Shown here: positions 34,056-44,649 of the stretch, piece after piece
Position numbering within the stretch: position 1 is the stretch's first letter
Layout: each line of letters opens with the position of its first letter
Origin: an uncultured delta proteobacterium
GTDB lineage: Bacteria; Desulfobacterota; Binatia; UTPRO1
Assembly (NCBI GenBank): GCA_963753325.1
Contig: CAVWBS010000001.1
Coordinates: 2,667,945-2,731,944, forward strand
Direction of reading: 5' to 3'
DNA: 64,000 nucleotides
Notes under the pieces: generated by a model
Told to the model about the DNA's origin: nothing
The model's database searches: none
The model's input: only the letters and a program-made list of their open reading frames with translations
Position numbers and translations under genes: made by a program

Positions 34056-34751
34056 GGCGCACGGAGGGATCGCCGGCCGGGGCGCACGCGCTCCGGCGCA
34101 CCGCGTGCCAGGCGCGCCAGCGCCCGGCGAGTGCGCGGGCAGGGCGTTTCGCCGAGCGTCGCGAGCGTGGTCACGTGGCGCGTGAGGTGCGCGACATCGA
34201 CGTCCGTGTTGACGTCGTACCAGCAGGGCAGCACCACGGGCGCGATGCGCGCCCGGGCCAGCCGCGCGAGCGTGCGCGCCAGGACCTGCCCGCTCTTCCA
34301 GGGAATGCGCGAGAACAGATCGGGCAGCGGCGCGCGCACACCGAGGAGATTGTAGCGGCCGTCGAGCGTCGGCCCGACCACGACGCGCGCCTGCGCCAGC
34401 GCATGCAGACGCGGCGGCGACGTGCGCGAGCGGCAAGGTCGGCGCGTCGCTGCCGAGGAGGACGACCCGCGGCACCGAGTCGAGCGCCATCGTCGCGAGA
34501 CGGCGGAGCCGCGTGCCGAGATCGCCCTCGCCCTGCACGATCAGCGACAGGCCGTGGCGACGCGCCAACGCTGCCACCCAGCCGTCGGAGAGCAGACGAT
34601 CGGACGCCAGCGCGAGGGGAACCTCCGGCGCGAAACGCTCGCAGGTATCCTCGACGAACGCGCGGTAGAGGTCGGCGGCGCCGGCCGCGCCGAACGTCGG
34701 CATCAGACGTCTCTTCACCATGCCGGGGATCGGCTCACGGACGAGCATCAC
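34052..34751 (-). CDS. DUF2064 (TIGR04282-type, nucleotidyl/glycosyl-transferase-like) protein; one apparent frameshift near 34400
   Basis: [48 protein letters not shown] (ORF 33801..34751), then [37 protein letters not shown] (ORF 34052..34381). Confidence 0.6.
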
Positions 34752-34805
34752 GACGAGGGCTCTCGTGTGGGCACTGGCGGGGTCGATGCTGTTCTGTACC
34801 CGGCG

Positions 34806-34834
34806 TTGACAGGAGGAGCAAGCTCACATACTGA
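34806..34834 (+). promoter_or_regulatory. Candidate sigma70-type promoter for rplU-rpmA-obg
   Basis: A perfect TTGACA at 34806-34811 is followed at 15-17 nt by CATACT/TACTGA, which is a weak -10. It lies about 30 nt upstream of the GAGGGA SD and the rplU ATG. This rests on sequence pattern only. Confidence 0.3.
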
Positions 34835-34862
34835 ACGGGATTCGGCTGCGAGGGAATTACCT

Positions 34863-35221
34863 ATGGACTACGCCGTCATTCGCTCCGGAGGGAAGCAGTA
34901 TCGCGTGCATCCCGGGGAGACGATCCGTCTCGAGAAGCTGCCCGCGGAGCCGGGCGCGGGATTCGTGTTCACCGACGTGCTGCTGACGTCGTCCGACGGC
35001 GGCCTGCAAGGTCGGCAAGCCCCTGCTCGACGGCGTGCGCGTGACGCGGCGAGATCGTGCGTCACGAGAAGGCCAAGAAGATCCTCGTGTTCAAGAAGAA
35101 GCGACGCAAGAACTACCGTCGCCGCCAGGGTCACCGCCAGCACCTCACGGTCGTCCGCGTGACGGGCATCGAAGGGACGGCGGCCGCGTCCCCGGTCGCG
35201 GAGGGCGAGCATGGCGCATAA
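34863..35221 (+). CDS. rplU: 50S ribosomal protein L21; two apparent frameshifts (about 35010 and 35045)
   Basis: [41 protein letters not shown] (ORF 34422..35162). By my translation the text resumes [42 protein letters not shown].., ending at TAA 35219-35221. Confidence 0.85.
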
Positions 35222-35465
35222 GAAAGGGCAGGGAAGCAGCCGGAACGGCCGTGACAGCCAGGGCCAGCGCCGCGGCGTGAAGGTCTTCGGCGGCGAGATC
35301 GCGAAGGCGGGAAACATCCTCGTCCGCCAGGTCGGCACGCGCGTCCATCCCGGCACCAACGTCGGTCTCGGACGCGACTTCACGCTGTTCGCGAAGATCG
35401 ACGGCGTCGTGCGCTACGAGCGCTTCGGGAAAGACCGCAAGCGCGTCAGCGTCTACTCCCTCTAG
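35211..35465 (+). CDS. rpmA: 50S ribosomal protein L27
   Basis: Intact 84-aa ORF: [61 protein letters not shown]. Confidence 0.95.
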   Translation: MAHKKGQGSSRNGRDSQGQRRGVKVFGGEIAKAGNILVRQVGTRVHPGTNVGLGRDFTLFAKIDGVVRYERFGKDRKRVSVYSL

Positions 35466-37815
<2,350 letters not shown>

Positions 37816-37819
<4 letters not shown>

Positions 37820-39127
37820 ACGACGTCGACCGTGCCGCCGGCGGCATCGGCAGCGCCGGCAGCAGCGAAGCCGCCGGCAGCATCGAGGATCGCATCGTCG
37901 CCCTGTGCCGGGCGGCGCGCGCCGCCGCGCCGATCCTCGCCGGCGCCTCGACGGCGGCGAAGAACGCCGCGCTGCGGGCCGGCGCCGGCGCGCTCCGCCG
38001 CTCCGAGGCAGGCCTCCTCGCCGCCAACGCCGAGGACGTCGGGCAGGCGCGCGCCGAAGGTGCGGCGCCCGCCTTCCTCGACCGCCTGACGCTCACGCCG
38101 GCGCGCATCGAGGCGATGGCGGCCGGCGTCGAGCAGGTCGCCGACCTTCCCGATCCGGTCGGCGAGACGATCAGCGAGTGGACGCGGCCGAATGGCCTCC
38201 GACATCGCGCAGGTGCGGGTGCCGCTCGGCGTCATCGGCATCATCTACGAGTCGCGGCCGAACGTGACCGCGGACGCCGCGGCGCTCTGCCTCAAATCGG
38301 GAAACGCCGTCGTCCTGCGCGGCGGCAAGGAGGCCTTCCGCACCAGCCGCCTGATCGCCGCCACGCTCCGCGACGCGGCCGGCGAGCTGCCGCGCGACGC
38401 GCTCGCGTTCGTGGATACGACGGACCGCGAGGCGGTACGCGTGCTGTTGCGCCAGGCGGACGCGATCGACGTGATCATCCCGCGCGGCGGCGAGGATCTC
38501 ATCCGCGCGATCACCGAGGGCTCGCGCATCCCGGTGATCCAGCACTTCAGCGGCATCTGTCACGTCTACGTCGACCGTGCGGCCGACGTCGCGGTCGCGG
38601 AGCGCATCTGCATCAATGCCAAGACGCAGCGTCCCGGCGTGTGCAACGCCATGGAGAACCTGCTGGTGCATCGCGACGTCGCGGCGCGCTTCGTGCCGGC
38701 GATCGGCGAGAAGCTCCGTGCCGCCGGGGTCGAGCTGCGAGGCTGCCCCGAGACGCTGCGGCTCCTGCCGTTCGCCAAGCCGGCGACGGACGCCGACTGG
38801 ACCACGGAGTATCTCGATCTCGTGCTGGCGGTGAAGGTCGTCGACTCGCTCGACGAGGCCATCGCGTTCATCCGCCGCCACGGGTCCGGACTGGCCGATG
38901 CCATCGTCACGACCGACGACGCCGCCGCGGGACGCTTCACCCGCGCCATCGACTCCGCCGCCGTCTTCGTCAACGCGTCGACGCGCTTCACCGACGGCTT
39001 CGAGTTCGGCTTCGGCGCGGAGATCGGCATCAGCACCAATCGGCTGCATGCGCGCGGGCCCATGGGCCTGCGCGAGCTCACCACGTACAAGTACGTCGTG
39101 CACGGCAGCGGCCAGGTACGCGCGTGA
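37816..39127 (+). CDS. proA: Gamma-glutamyl phosphate reductase; one apparent frameshift near 38195
   Basis: The N-terminal part lies in ORF 37792..39159 (..[39 protein letters not shown]). The rest lies in ORF 38192..39127 ([54 protein letters not shown]..). ATGA overlap with proB. Confidence 0.9.
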
Positions 39128-39149
39128 GCGGCGCGCGGACGGACCTCCC

Positions 39150-39798
39150 GTGCGGGTAGGCCTCTTCGGAGGCACCTTCAACCCCGTGCACGCGGCGCAC
39201 CTCCGTGCGGCCGAGGAGGCCCGCGAGGCCTGCGCGCTCGATCGCGTCGAGTTCGTGCTGGCGGCGATTCCGCCGCACAAGCCCGGCGCCGCGATCGCGT
39301 CGGTGTCCGATCGGCGCCGCATGGTCGAGCTGGCGATCGCCGACAACCCGGCGTTTGCCCTCAATACCAGCGAGGTCGATCGTCCCGGGCTCTCGTACTC
39401 GATCGATACGATCCTCGCCGCGCAGACGCGCGCGCCCGCCGCCCGGTTCACGTTCCTCCTCGGTGCCGACGCCTTCGCCGAGATCGAGAGCTGGAAGCGC
39501 TACGACGAGATCTTCACGCGCTGCGACGTGTGCGTCCTCTCCCGGCCGGGGAGCACGATCGCACGCCCGCCGATTGCGATGGAAAAGACGTTCTGTTACG
39601 ATTCCGCTCGTCGCGTGTATGTCCACGTCTCCGGAAACGCGCTCCGCTTCCTCGCCATCACACCGCTCATGATCTCCGCCTCCGACATACGGCAACGCCG
39701 TGCCGAGGGACGCTCGATCCGCTATCTCGTGCCCTGCGCGGTCGAGGCCTACCTGCGCGAGCGCGAGACTCTACGCCGGGGGGATCGCGGCATCTTGA
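39150..39798 (+). CDS. nadD: Nicotinate-nucleotide adenylyltransferase; apparent frameshift near 39760
   Basis: (V)RVGLFGGTFNPVHAAHLRAAEEA..PPHKP..ISASDIRQRRAEGRSIRYLVPCAVEAYLRER (frame of ORF 38898..39893). After a 1-nt shift it ends ..RLYAGGIAAS-TGA at 39796-39798 by my translation. Confidence 0.85.
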
Positions 39799-40177
39799 CC
39801 CCGCCCGACGGCCTGCAGAAAGCGCTTCTCTGCATCCGGGCGGCGTTGGACAAGAAGGCGCTGGACTCGTCGTGCTCGACGTCGGCACGCTGACGTCGAT
39901 CGCCGACTACCTCATCCTCTGCACCGGCCGCTCCGACCGTCAGGTGCAGAGCATCGCGCAGGCGATCGAGGAGGCGCTCGAGGCCGAGGGCGCACGGCCG
40001 ATCTCCATCGAGGGCATGCAGCGCGGGCAGTGGGTGCTGCTCGATTGCGTTGACGTGATCGTCCACGTGTTCTATCAGCCGGTTCGCGAGTTCTACGACC
40101 TCGAGCGGCTGTGGGAACACGCGCCCCGCGTGCAGTTGCCCGAGCCGCTCCGGACGCAGGCGCTCGCGGGTCACTGA
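39795..40177 (+). CDS. rsfS: Ribosomal silencing factor RsfS (Iojap family); apparent frameshift near 39868
   Basis: The TTG at 39795 gives ..LQKALLCIRAALDKKALD. After a shift comes VVLDVGTLTSIADYLILCTGRSDRQVQSIAQAIEEALEAEG..WVLLDCVDVIVHVFYQPVREFYDLERLW (ORF 39530..40177). Confidence 0.85.
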
Positions 40178-40199
40178 ACCACCGAGCGACCAAACCACG

Positions 40200-41527
40200 A
40201 TGCTCCGGCTGACTATCATCCTCGCGACCATCGCCGCCGCGCTCGTCGGCCTCGGATACCTCTTCTATCTCGAATCCCGGGTCGGTGACGGTGCAGCTCT
40301 CGCGCTCGACGCAGTGTGAGCGCGCCCCTGCCGCTCGTGCTCCTCGCGGCCTTCAGCGTCGGCGCGGCGCTGACGTTCGTGATCGCGCTGGTACGCGCAG
40401 AGCCGCCATGCCGTGCTCGGCTGGCGCTCGCAGCGCGGCGCGCGGCGCGCGCGGCGCCAGCAGGTCCGCAAGGAGCACGGGCTCGGGCTCGCCTGGCTGG
40501 GCGAGCACGAGAAGGCGCGTGCGCTTGCTGGCCAAGGCGCTGCGCGACCGCCCGGACGATCTCGCGGCGTTTCTCCTGTTCGCCCGCACGTTCCTCGACG
40601 ACGGCGAGCATCGCCGCGCCCGGGCGTGCTTGCAGGAGGGCCTCGACCGCCGCGGCCCCGATCCGAAATTGCTGCTCTTCCTCGGCCGAGGCGCAGCGCG
40701 GCGTCGGCGATCATCGCGCGGCCGATCGCGACGCTCGAGCGCGCCCGCCAGTCGGACCCGATGAGCCCGCGCATCCTCACCGCCCTGCGCGACGCGTACG
40801 TCGCGGCGGGGAGCTGGCCCGACGCCGCGCGCGTCCAGGAAAGCTATCTACTGGCGACCCGCGAGCCGCGGCCCACGCCGATGCCGAGCGACGCCTGGTC
40901 GGCATGCGCTACCAGAGCGCGCTCGCGGTGCAGGATCCGGGCGGACGCGCCAGCGAGCTGCGCGCCTTGCTGCGCGCCTTTCCGGATTTCGAGCCGGCCG
41001 CCGTCAGCCTCGGCGACGTGCTCGTCGAGATGGGACAGGTGCGCCAGGCCGAGCGCGTCTGGCGCCGGGCGCTCGCACGGGGCGCCCGCGCCGGCATCCT
41101 CGATCGACTCGAGCGCCTCCTGCGCGGCGGTCCGCGGGTGAAGCGGCTCGACTCCTTCACGCGCCGGCTGGTGCGGCGCCGTCCCGAGGACGGCACCGCG
41201 CGGCTCTTCCGCGCCCGCCAGCTCATCCGCGACGGCCGGCTCGACGAGGCGGGCAACGAGCTGTCCCTCGTGCCGGAGCCCTGGAACTCGCTTCCCGGCT
41301 ACCATGCGCTGCTCGCCGAGCTGCACGTGCGTCGCGGTGCCCACGAGGACGCCGTCACGGCCTTCCGCCATGCGCTGGCGGCGGGCGCCGTCGGCGCCTT
41401 CCACTGCCGTGTGTGCGACGCGGAGGCCGATGAGTGGCGCGGCTTCTGCCCGAGCTGCGGCAGCTGGAGCAGCTACCGCTCGAGCTTCGAGCTCGACGGC
41501 GCCGCGCCGGCCCCCTCCGACCACTGA
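40200..41527 (+). CDS. LapB/YciM-like TPR protein with C-terminal rubredoxin-type zinc finger and a LapA-like N-terminal membrane segment; multiple apparent frameshifts
   Basis: MLRLTIILATIAAALVGLGYLFYL.. and ..PLPLVLLAAFSVGAALTFVIALV form two TM segments. TPR-like repeats are spread over ORFs 40285..40764, 40413..41141 and 40316..41527. The C-terminus is ..FHCRVCDAEADEWRGFCPSCGSWSSY. Confidence 0.6.
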
Positions 41528-41531
41528 GCGC

Positions 41532-42738
41532 TCAGCGCGAGCGCCGCCGACGGCGCGCCCGTGCCGGCGTGTGCGGTGCGCTGCGCTCGCCGAACAGGAA
41601 CCGATGCATGCGCGTCAGGCCGGCGACGTCGTGCAGATCGGAATCGAAGTTCGGCACGGTCACGAACGGGACCTTGCGCGAGAGGCCGCCGCGGAATTGC
41701 TCCATGCGGAGCGCCTCGCCGCGCGCCAGCAGCTGGTAGTCGACGAAGTTGCGTGCGAGCCAGCGCGCGCTCGGCGCGTCGATTCCGATCTCGACGACCG
41801 CCGCCTCGATCACCGCCTCGTCGCCGTGCGCGACGGTGCCGGCGGCGAACGCCTCCGGATCGGCGGGGAACTCCTCGTGCACGCGATTGAACACGACGCC
41901 CTTGAGCGGCATGCGCAGGGCGCGGATCCGATCGGAGAAGAACTCCGCTTCGGTGAGGACCTGCTCCTCCGGTCCGGTGACGAGGAGAAAGGCGGTCGTC
42001 GCCGCGCGCAGCACGTCGTGGATCGTCTCGGTGCGCGCCGAGAACGCGTCGAACATGCCGCTCATCGCCGAGAAGAAGTCCGAGATCTCGGCGAGCGCGG
42101 CAATGCCGGTCGCCTCCTCGAGCTTGCGGAAGAGGAAGCCGGCGGTGCGATTCATCGCCTTGGCGGCGACCCAGCCGCGGGAGAGGTACGGCATGACCAG
42201 CCAGCGCACCAGGCGGCGATCGAGGAAGTCGCGTATGCGCTCGGGTGCCTCGAAGAAGTCGAGGGCATGCTTGGTCGGCGGGGTGTCGAGCACGATCAGA
42301 TCGTAGGCCCCGCTCTCGACCAGGACGCAGAGCTGCTCGATCGCCATGTACTCGTACGAGCCCGCGAAGTTCTCGCGAGAGGTTCAGGTAGAAGCGGTTG
42401 CGGAGGATGCGCTCGCGGACGTCGTCGGAGGGGGCGTGGCGCGCTACCAGGCGGTCCCACGATCCCTTCTGGTCGAGCATCATCGCCGAGAGCGTCCCCG
42501 GCGCATCGAGGCCGTGGCGCGCCATCACCGCGGGGTCCACGAGGCGCGGCTCGTCGCCGAGCGCGCCGAGACCGAGCGAGTCGGCGAGCCGGCGCGCCGG
42601 ATCGATCGTCAGCACGACGGCGCGGCGCCCCTGCATCGCGCCCCAGAGCGCGATCGCCGCCGACGTCGTCGTCTTGCCGACCCCGCCCGAGCCGACACAG
42701 ATGACGACGCGATGATCGCGGACGATCGCGTCGAGCAT
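41532..42738 (-). CDS. ArsA/Get3-family P-loop ATPase, second paralogue (TKH variant); one apparent frameshift near 42350
   Basis: MLDAIVRDHRVVICVGSGGVGKTTTSAAIALWGA..VVLTIDPARRLADSLG (frame of ORF 41473..43173), then ..YDLIVLDTPPTKHALDFF.. (ORF 41532..42347). Confidence 0.75.
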
Positions 42739-43736
42739 CAGCGTCCCCCGGACGCCGGGCCGCCCGCCGGCTTCGCGCGACGCCCCCCCGCCGTCGCCGC
42801 CCGCGCGACGGCGCCGAGCGCCGCGAGCTGCCGTTCCGCGCCGGCGAGGAGCTGGCGGACCTCTCCGAGGCCGAACTCCTCGGAGAAGAGGAACGGCAGC
42901 TCGACCGTCGCCATGGGAACGCTCGACCGCAGGCGCTGCAGGTAGTGCGCGTTGATCGCCGCCCACCCGGCCTCCTCCCGGCCGCACCGCAGCACGTTCG
43001 CCACGAGCGGCGACGCCGCTGGCAGCGCCGGCAGAGCGTCGGCCGCGAGCGGCGCCGCGTGCACGCGGTTCACGAACAGCACGCCGAGCGGGACGCGCAG
43101 GTGGTCCCGGAGCTGCAGGTACATCTCGCTGGTCTCGTTGACGGGCATCTCCTCGGCGGTCGTCACCGGACACACCGCCGTGCGCGCGGGGTCACGCAGC
43201 AGGTCGAGCACCTTGCGCGCCTCGCGCTGGACCAGGCCGGCGCCGAACGCATCGTGCGCCGCGGCCGGCATGCGGAGATACTGCAGACTGTGTCCGGTCG
43301 CCGGCGCGTCCACGACGATCGCGTCCCATTTCTTGCCGCGCGCCGACTCGAGCTGCTCCTCGTACCAGATCTTGCCGACGGTCATGAGCTCCTTCAGTCC
43401 GGGCGCCGCGGCGACGAAGTGATGGTACAGCTTGCTGCCGACGACCATCTTCTGGACGCGCTTCACCGGCAGCACGAGGCCGAGGTATTCCGACAGCGCG
43501 GTCTCGCCGTCGATGGTGAGAAAGCAGAGGCCGGGGAAGACCTCCATCGGCGCATCCGTGCCGCCGTCGACGCCGAGCACCTCGCCGAGGCGGCGGCCCG
43601 GGCCCATCTGCGCGAGAAGCACCCGCTTGCCGCGCTCCGCCAGCGCCACCGCAAGGAGCGCGGCGACCGTGCTCTTGCCGACGCCGCCCTTCCCCACCAC
43701 GAAGAGCACCCGCCGCTGAAGGAGGTCGTCCGTCAT
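42738..43736 (-). CDS. ArsA/Get3-family P-loop ATPase, first paralogue
   Basis: Intact 332-aa ORF: VLFVVGKGGVGKSTVAALLAVALAERGKRVLL and ..WDAIVVDAPATGHSLQYL. Its stop shares 1 nt with the next ATG (TGATG). Confidence 0.8.
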   Translation of the reverse strand: MTDDLLQRRVLFVVGKGGVGKSTVAALLAVALAERGKRVLLAQMGPGRRLGEVLGVDGGTDAPMEVFPGLCFLTIDGETALSEYLGLVLPVKRVQKMVVGSKLYHHFVAAAPGLKELMTVGKIWYEEQLESARGKKWDAIVVDAPATGHSLQYLRMPAAAHDAFGAGLVQREARKVLDLLRDPARTAVCPVTTAEEMPVNETSEMYLQLRDHLRVPLGVLFVNRVHAAPLAADALPALPAASPLVANVLRCGREEAGWAAINAHYLQRLRSSVPMATVELPFLFSEEFGLGEVRQLLAGAERQLAALGAVARAATAGGRRAKPAGGPASGGR

Positions 43737-43809
43737 TCGACGTTCCGTAGCCGGTCACGGTATCATCGCGCCGGATGATGGACCACCGACAGCACGCCGA
43801 CGTGCCCGG

Positions 43810-44610
43810 GTGAGTGTCGGCGCGGCGCTCGTCATCTTCATCGCCGGGGTCGCGGCGGGCCTCGTCAACGCCGTCGCCGGCGGCGGCACCCTGCTCTCCT
43901 TCCCGGCGCTGGTATGGCTCGGGCGCGACCCGATCGTCGCGAACGTCACCAACACGATCGCGCTCTGGCCCGGATCGCTCGCCGGCATGCTCGGCTTCCG
44001 CCGCGAGCTGCGCGGCGGCGGGCGGCTCTTGCTCCTGCTGGCCGTCCCTTCGGTGCTCGGCGCGGTCGCGGGTGCGACGTTGCTGCTGCACACCTCCTCG
44101 CGCACCTTCAGCCGTCTCGTGCCGTGGCTCATCCTGTTCGCGACGGCGCTCTTTGCCGCGCAGGGACCGATCATGCGCGCGCTCCCGCGCTCGCCGCTCG
44201 ACGCCGCCGGGCGCGACGACGCGACGGGGCGCGCGCGATCCGTGACGCCGCGGTGGGCCCTGAGCGCCGCGCTCTTCCAGTTCGCCGTCGCCGTCTACGG
44301 CGGCTACTTCGGCGCCGGGATGGGCATCATCATGCTCGCCGCGCTCGGCCTCCTCGGCATCACCGACATCTTCCAGATGAACGGCCTGAAGAACGCGCTC
44401 GCGTTCGCCGTCAACGCCGTGGCGGCGATCTACTTCGGCTCGTACGCGCAGGTCGGGTGGGCCGACGCGCTGGTGCTGGCCGCAGGGGCGATCACCGGCG
44501 GCTGGGGCGGCGCCGCGGTGGCGCGTCGCGTCGGCCGCGAGGCGATTCGCCGTGCCGTGATCGTGATCGGCCTCGCGATGGCCGCGTCGCTCGCCTGGCG
44601 GCATCCCTGA
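43810..44610 (+). CDS. TauE/SafE-family sulfite/anion exporter membrane protein
   Basis: Intact 266-aa ORF: ..GLVNAVAGGGTLLSFPALVWLG..ANVTNT.., with an internal repeat ..YGGYFGAGMGIIMLAALGL. Confidence 0.8.
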   Translation: MSVGAALVIFIAGVAAGLVNAVAGGGTLLSFPALVWLGRDPIVANVTNTIALWPGSLAGMLGFRRELRGGGRLLLLLAVPSVLGAVAGATLLLHTSSRTFSRLVPWLILFATALFAAQGPIMRALPRSPLDAAGRDDATGRARSVTPRWALSAALFQFAVAVYGGYFGAGMGIIMLAALGLLGITDIFQMNGLKNALAFAVNAVAAIYFGSYAQVGWADALVLAAGAITGGWGGAAVARRVGREAIRRAVIVIGLAMAASLAWRHP

Positions 44611-44613
44611 CGC

Positions 44614-44635
44614 GGCCGCCCCGCCGCGGGCGGCC
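44614..44635. terminator. Perfect 8-bp GC hairpin between convergent genes (possible bidirectional terminator)
   Basis: GGCCGCCC-cgccgc-GGGCGGCC, lying between the stops at 44610 (+) and 44650 (-). Confidence 0.35.
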
Positions 44636-44649
44636 TGCTGGTCCCCGGA

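Noticed and set aside
38898-39893. An apparent NadD-RsfS fusion ORF of 331 aa, which also reads through the 3' end of proA in another frame.
   Set aside because: A 1-nt shift near 39760 restores a normal NadD C-terminus (..RLYAGGIAAS-TGA), and a TTG start for rsfS overlaps that stop. The fusion is an artefact of the local indels.
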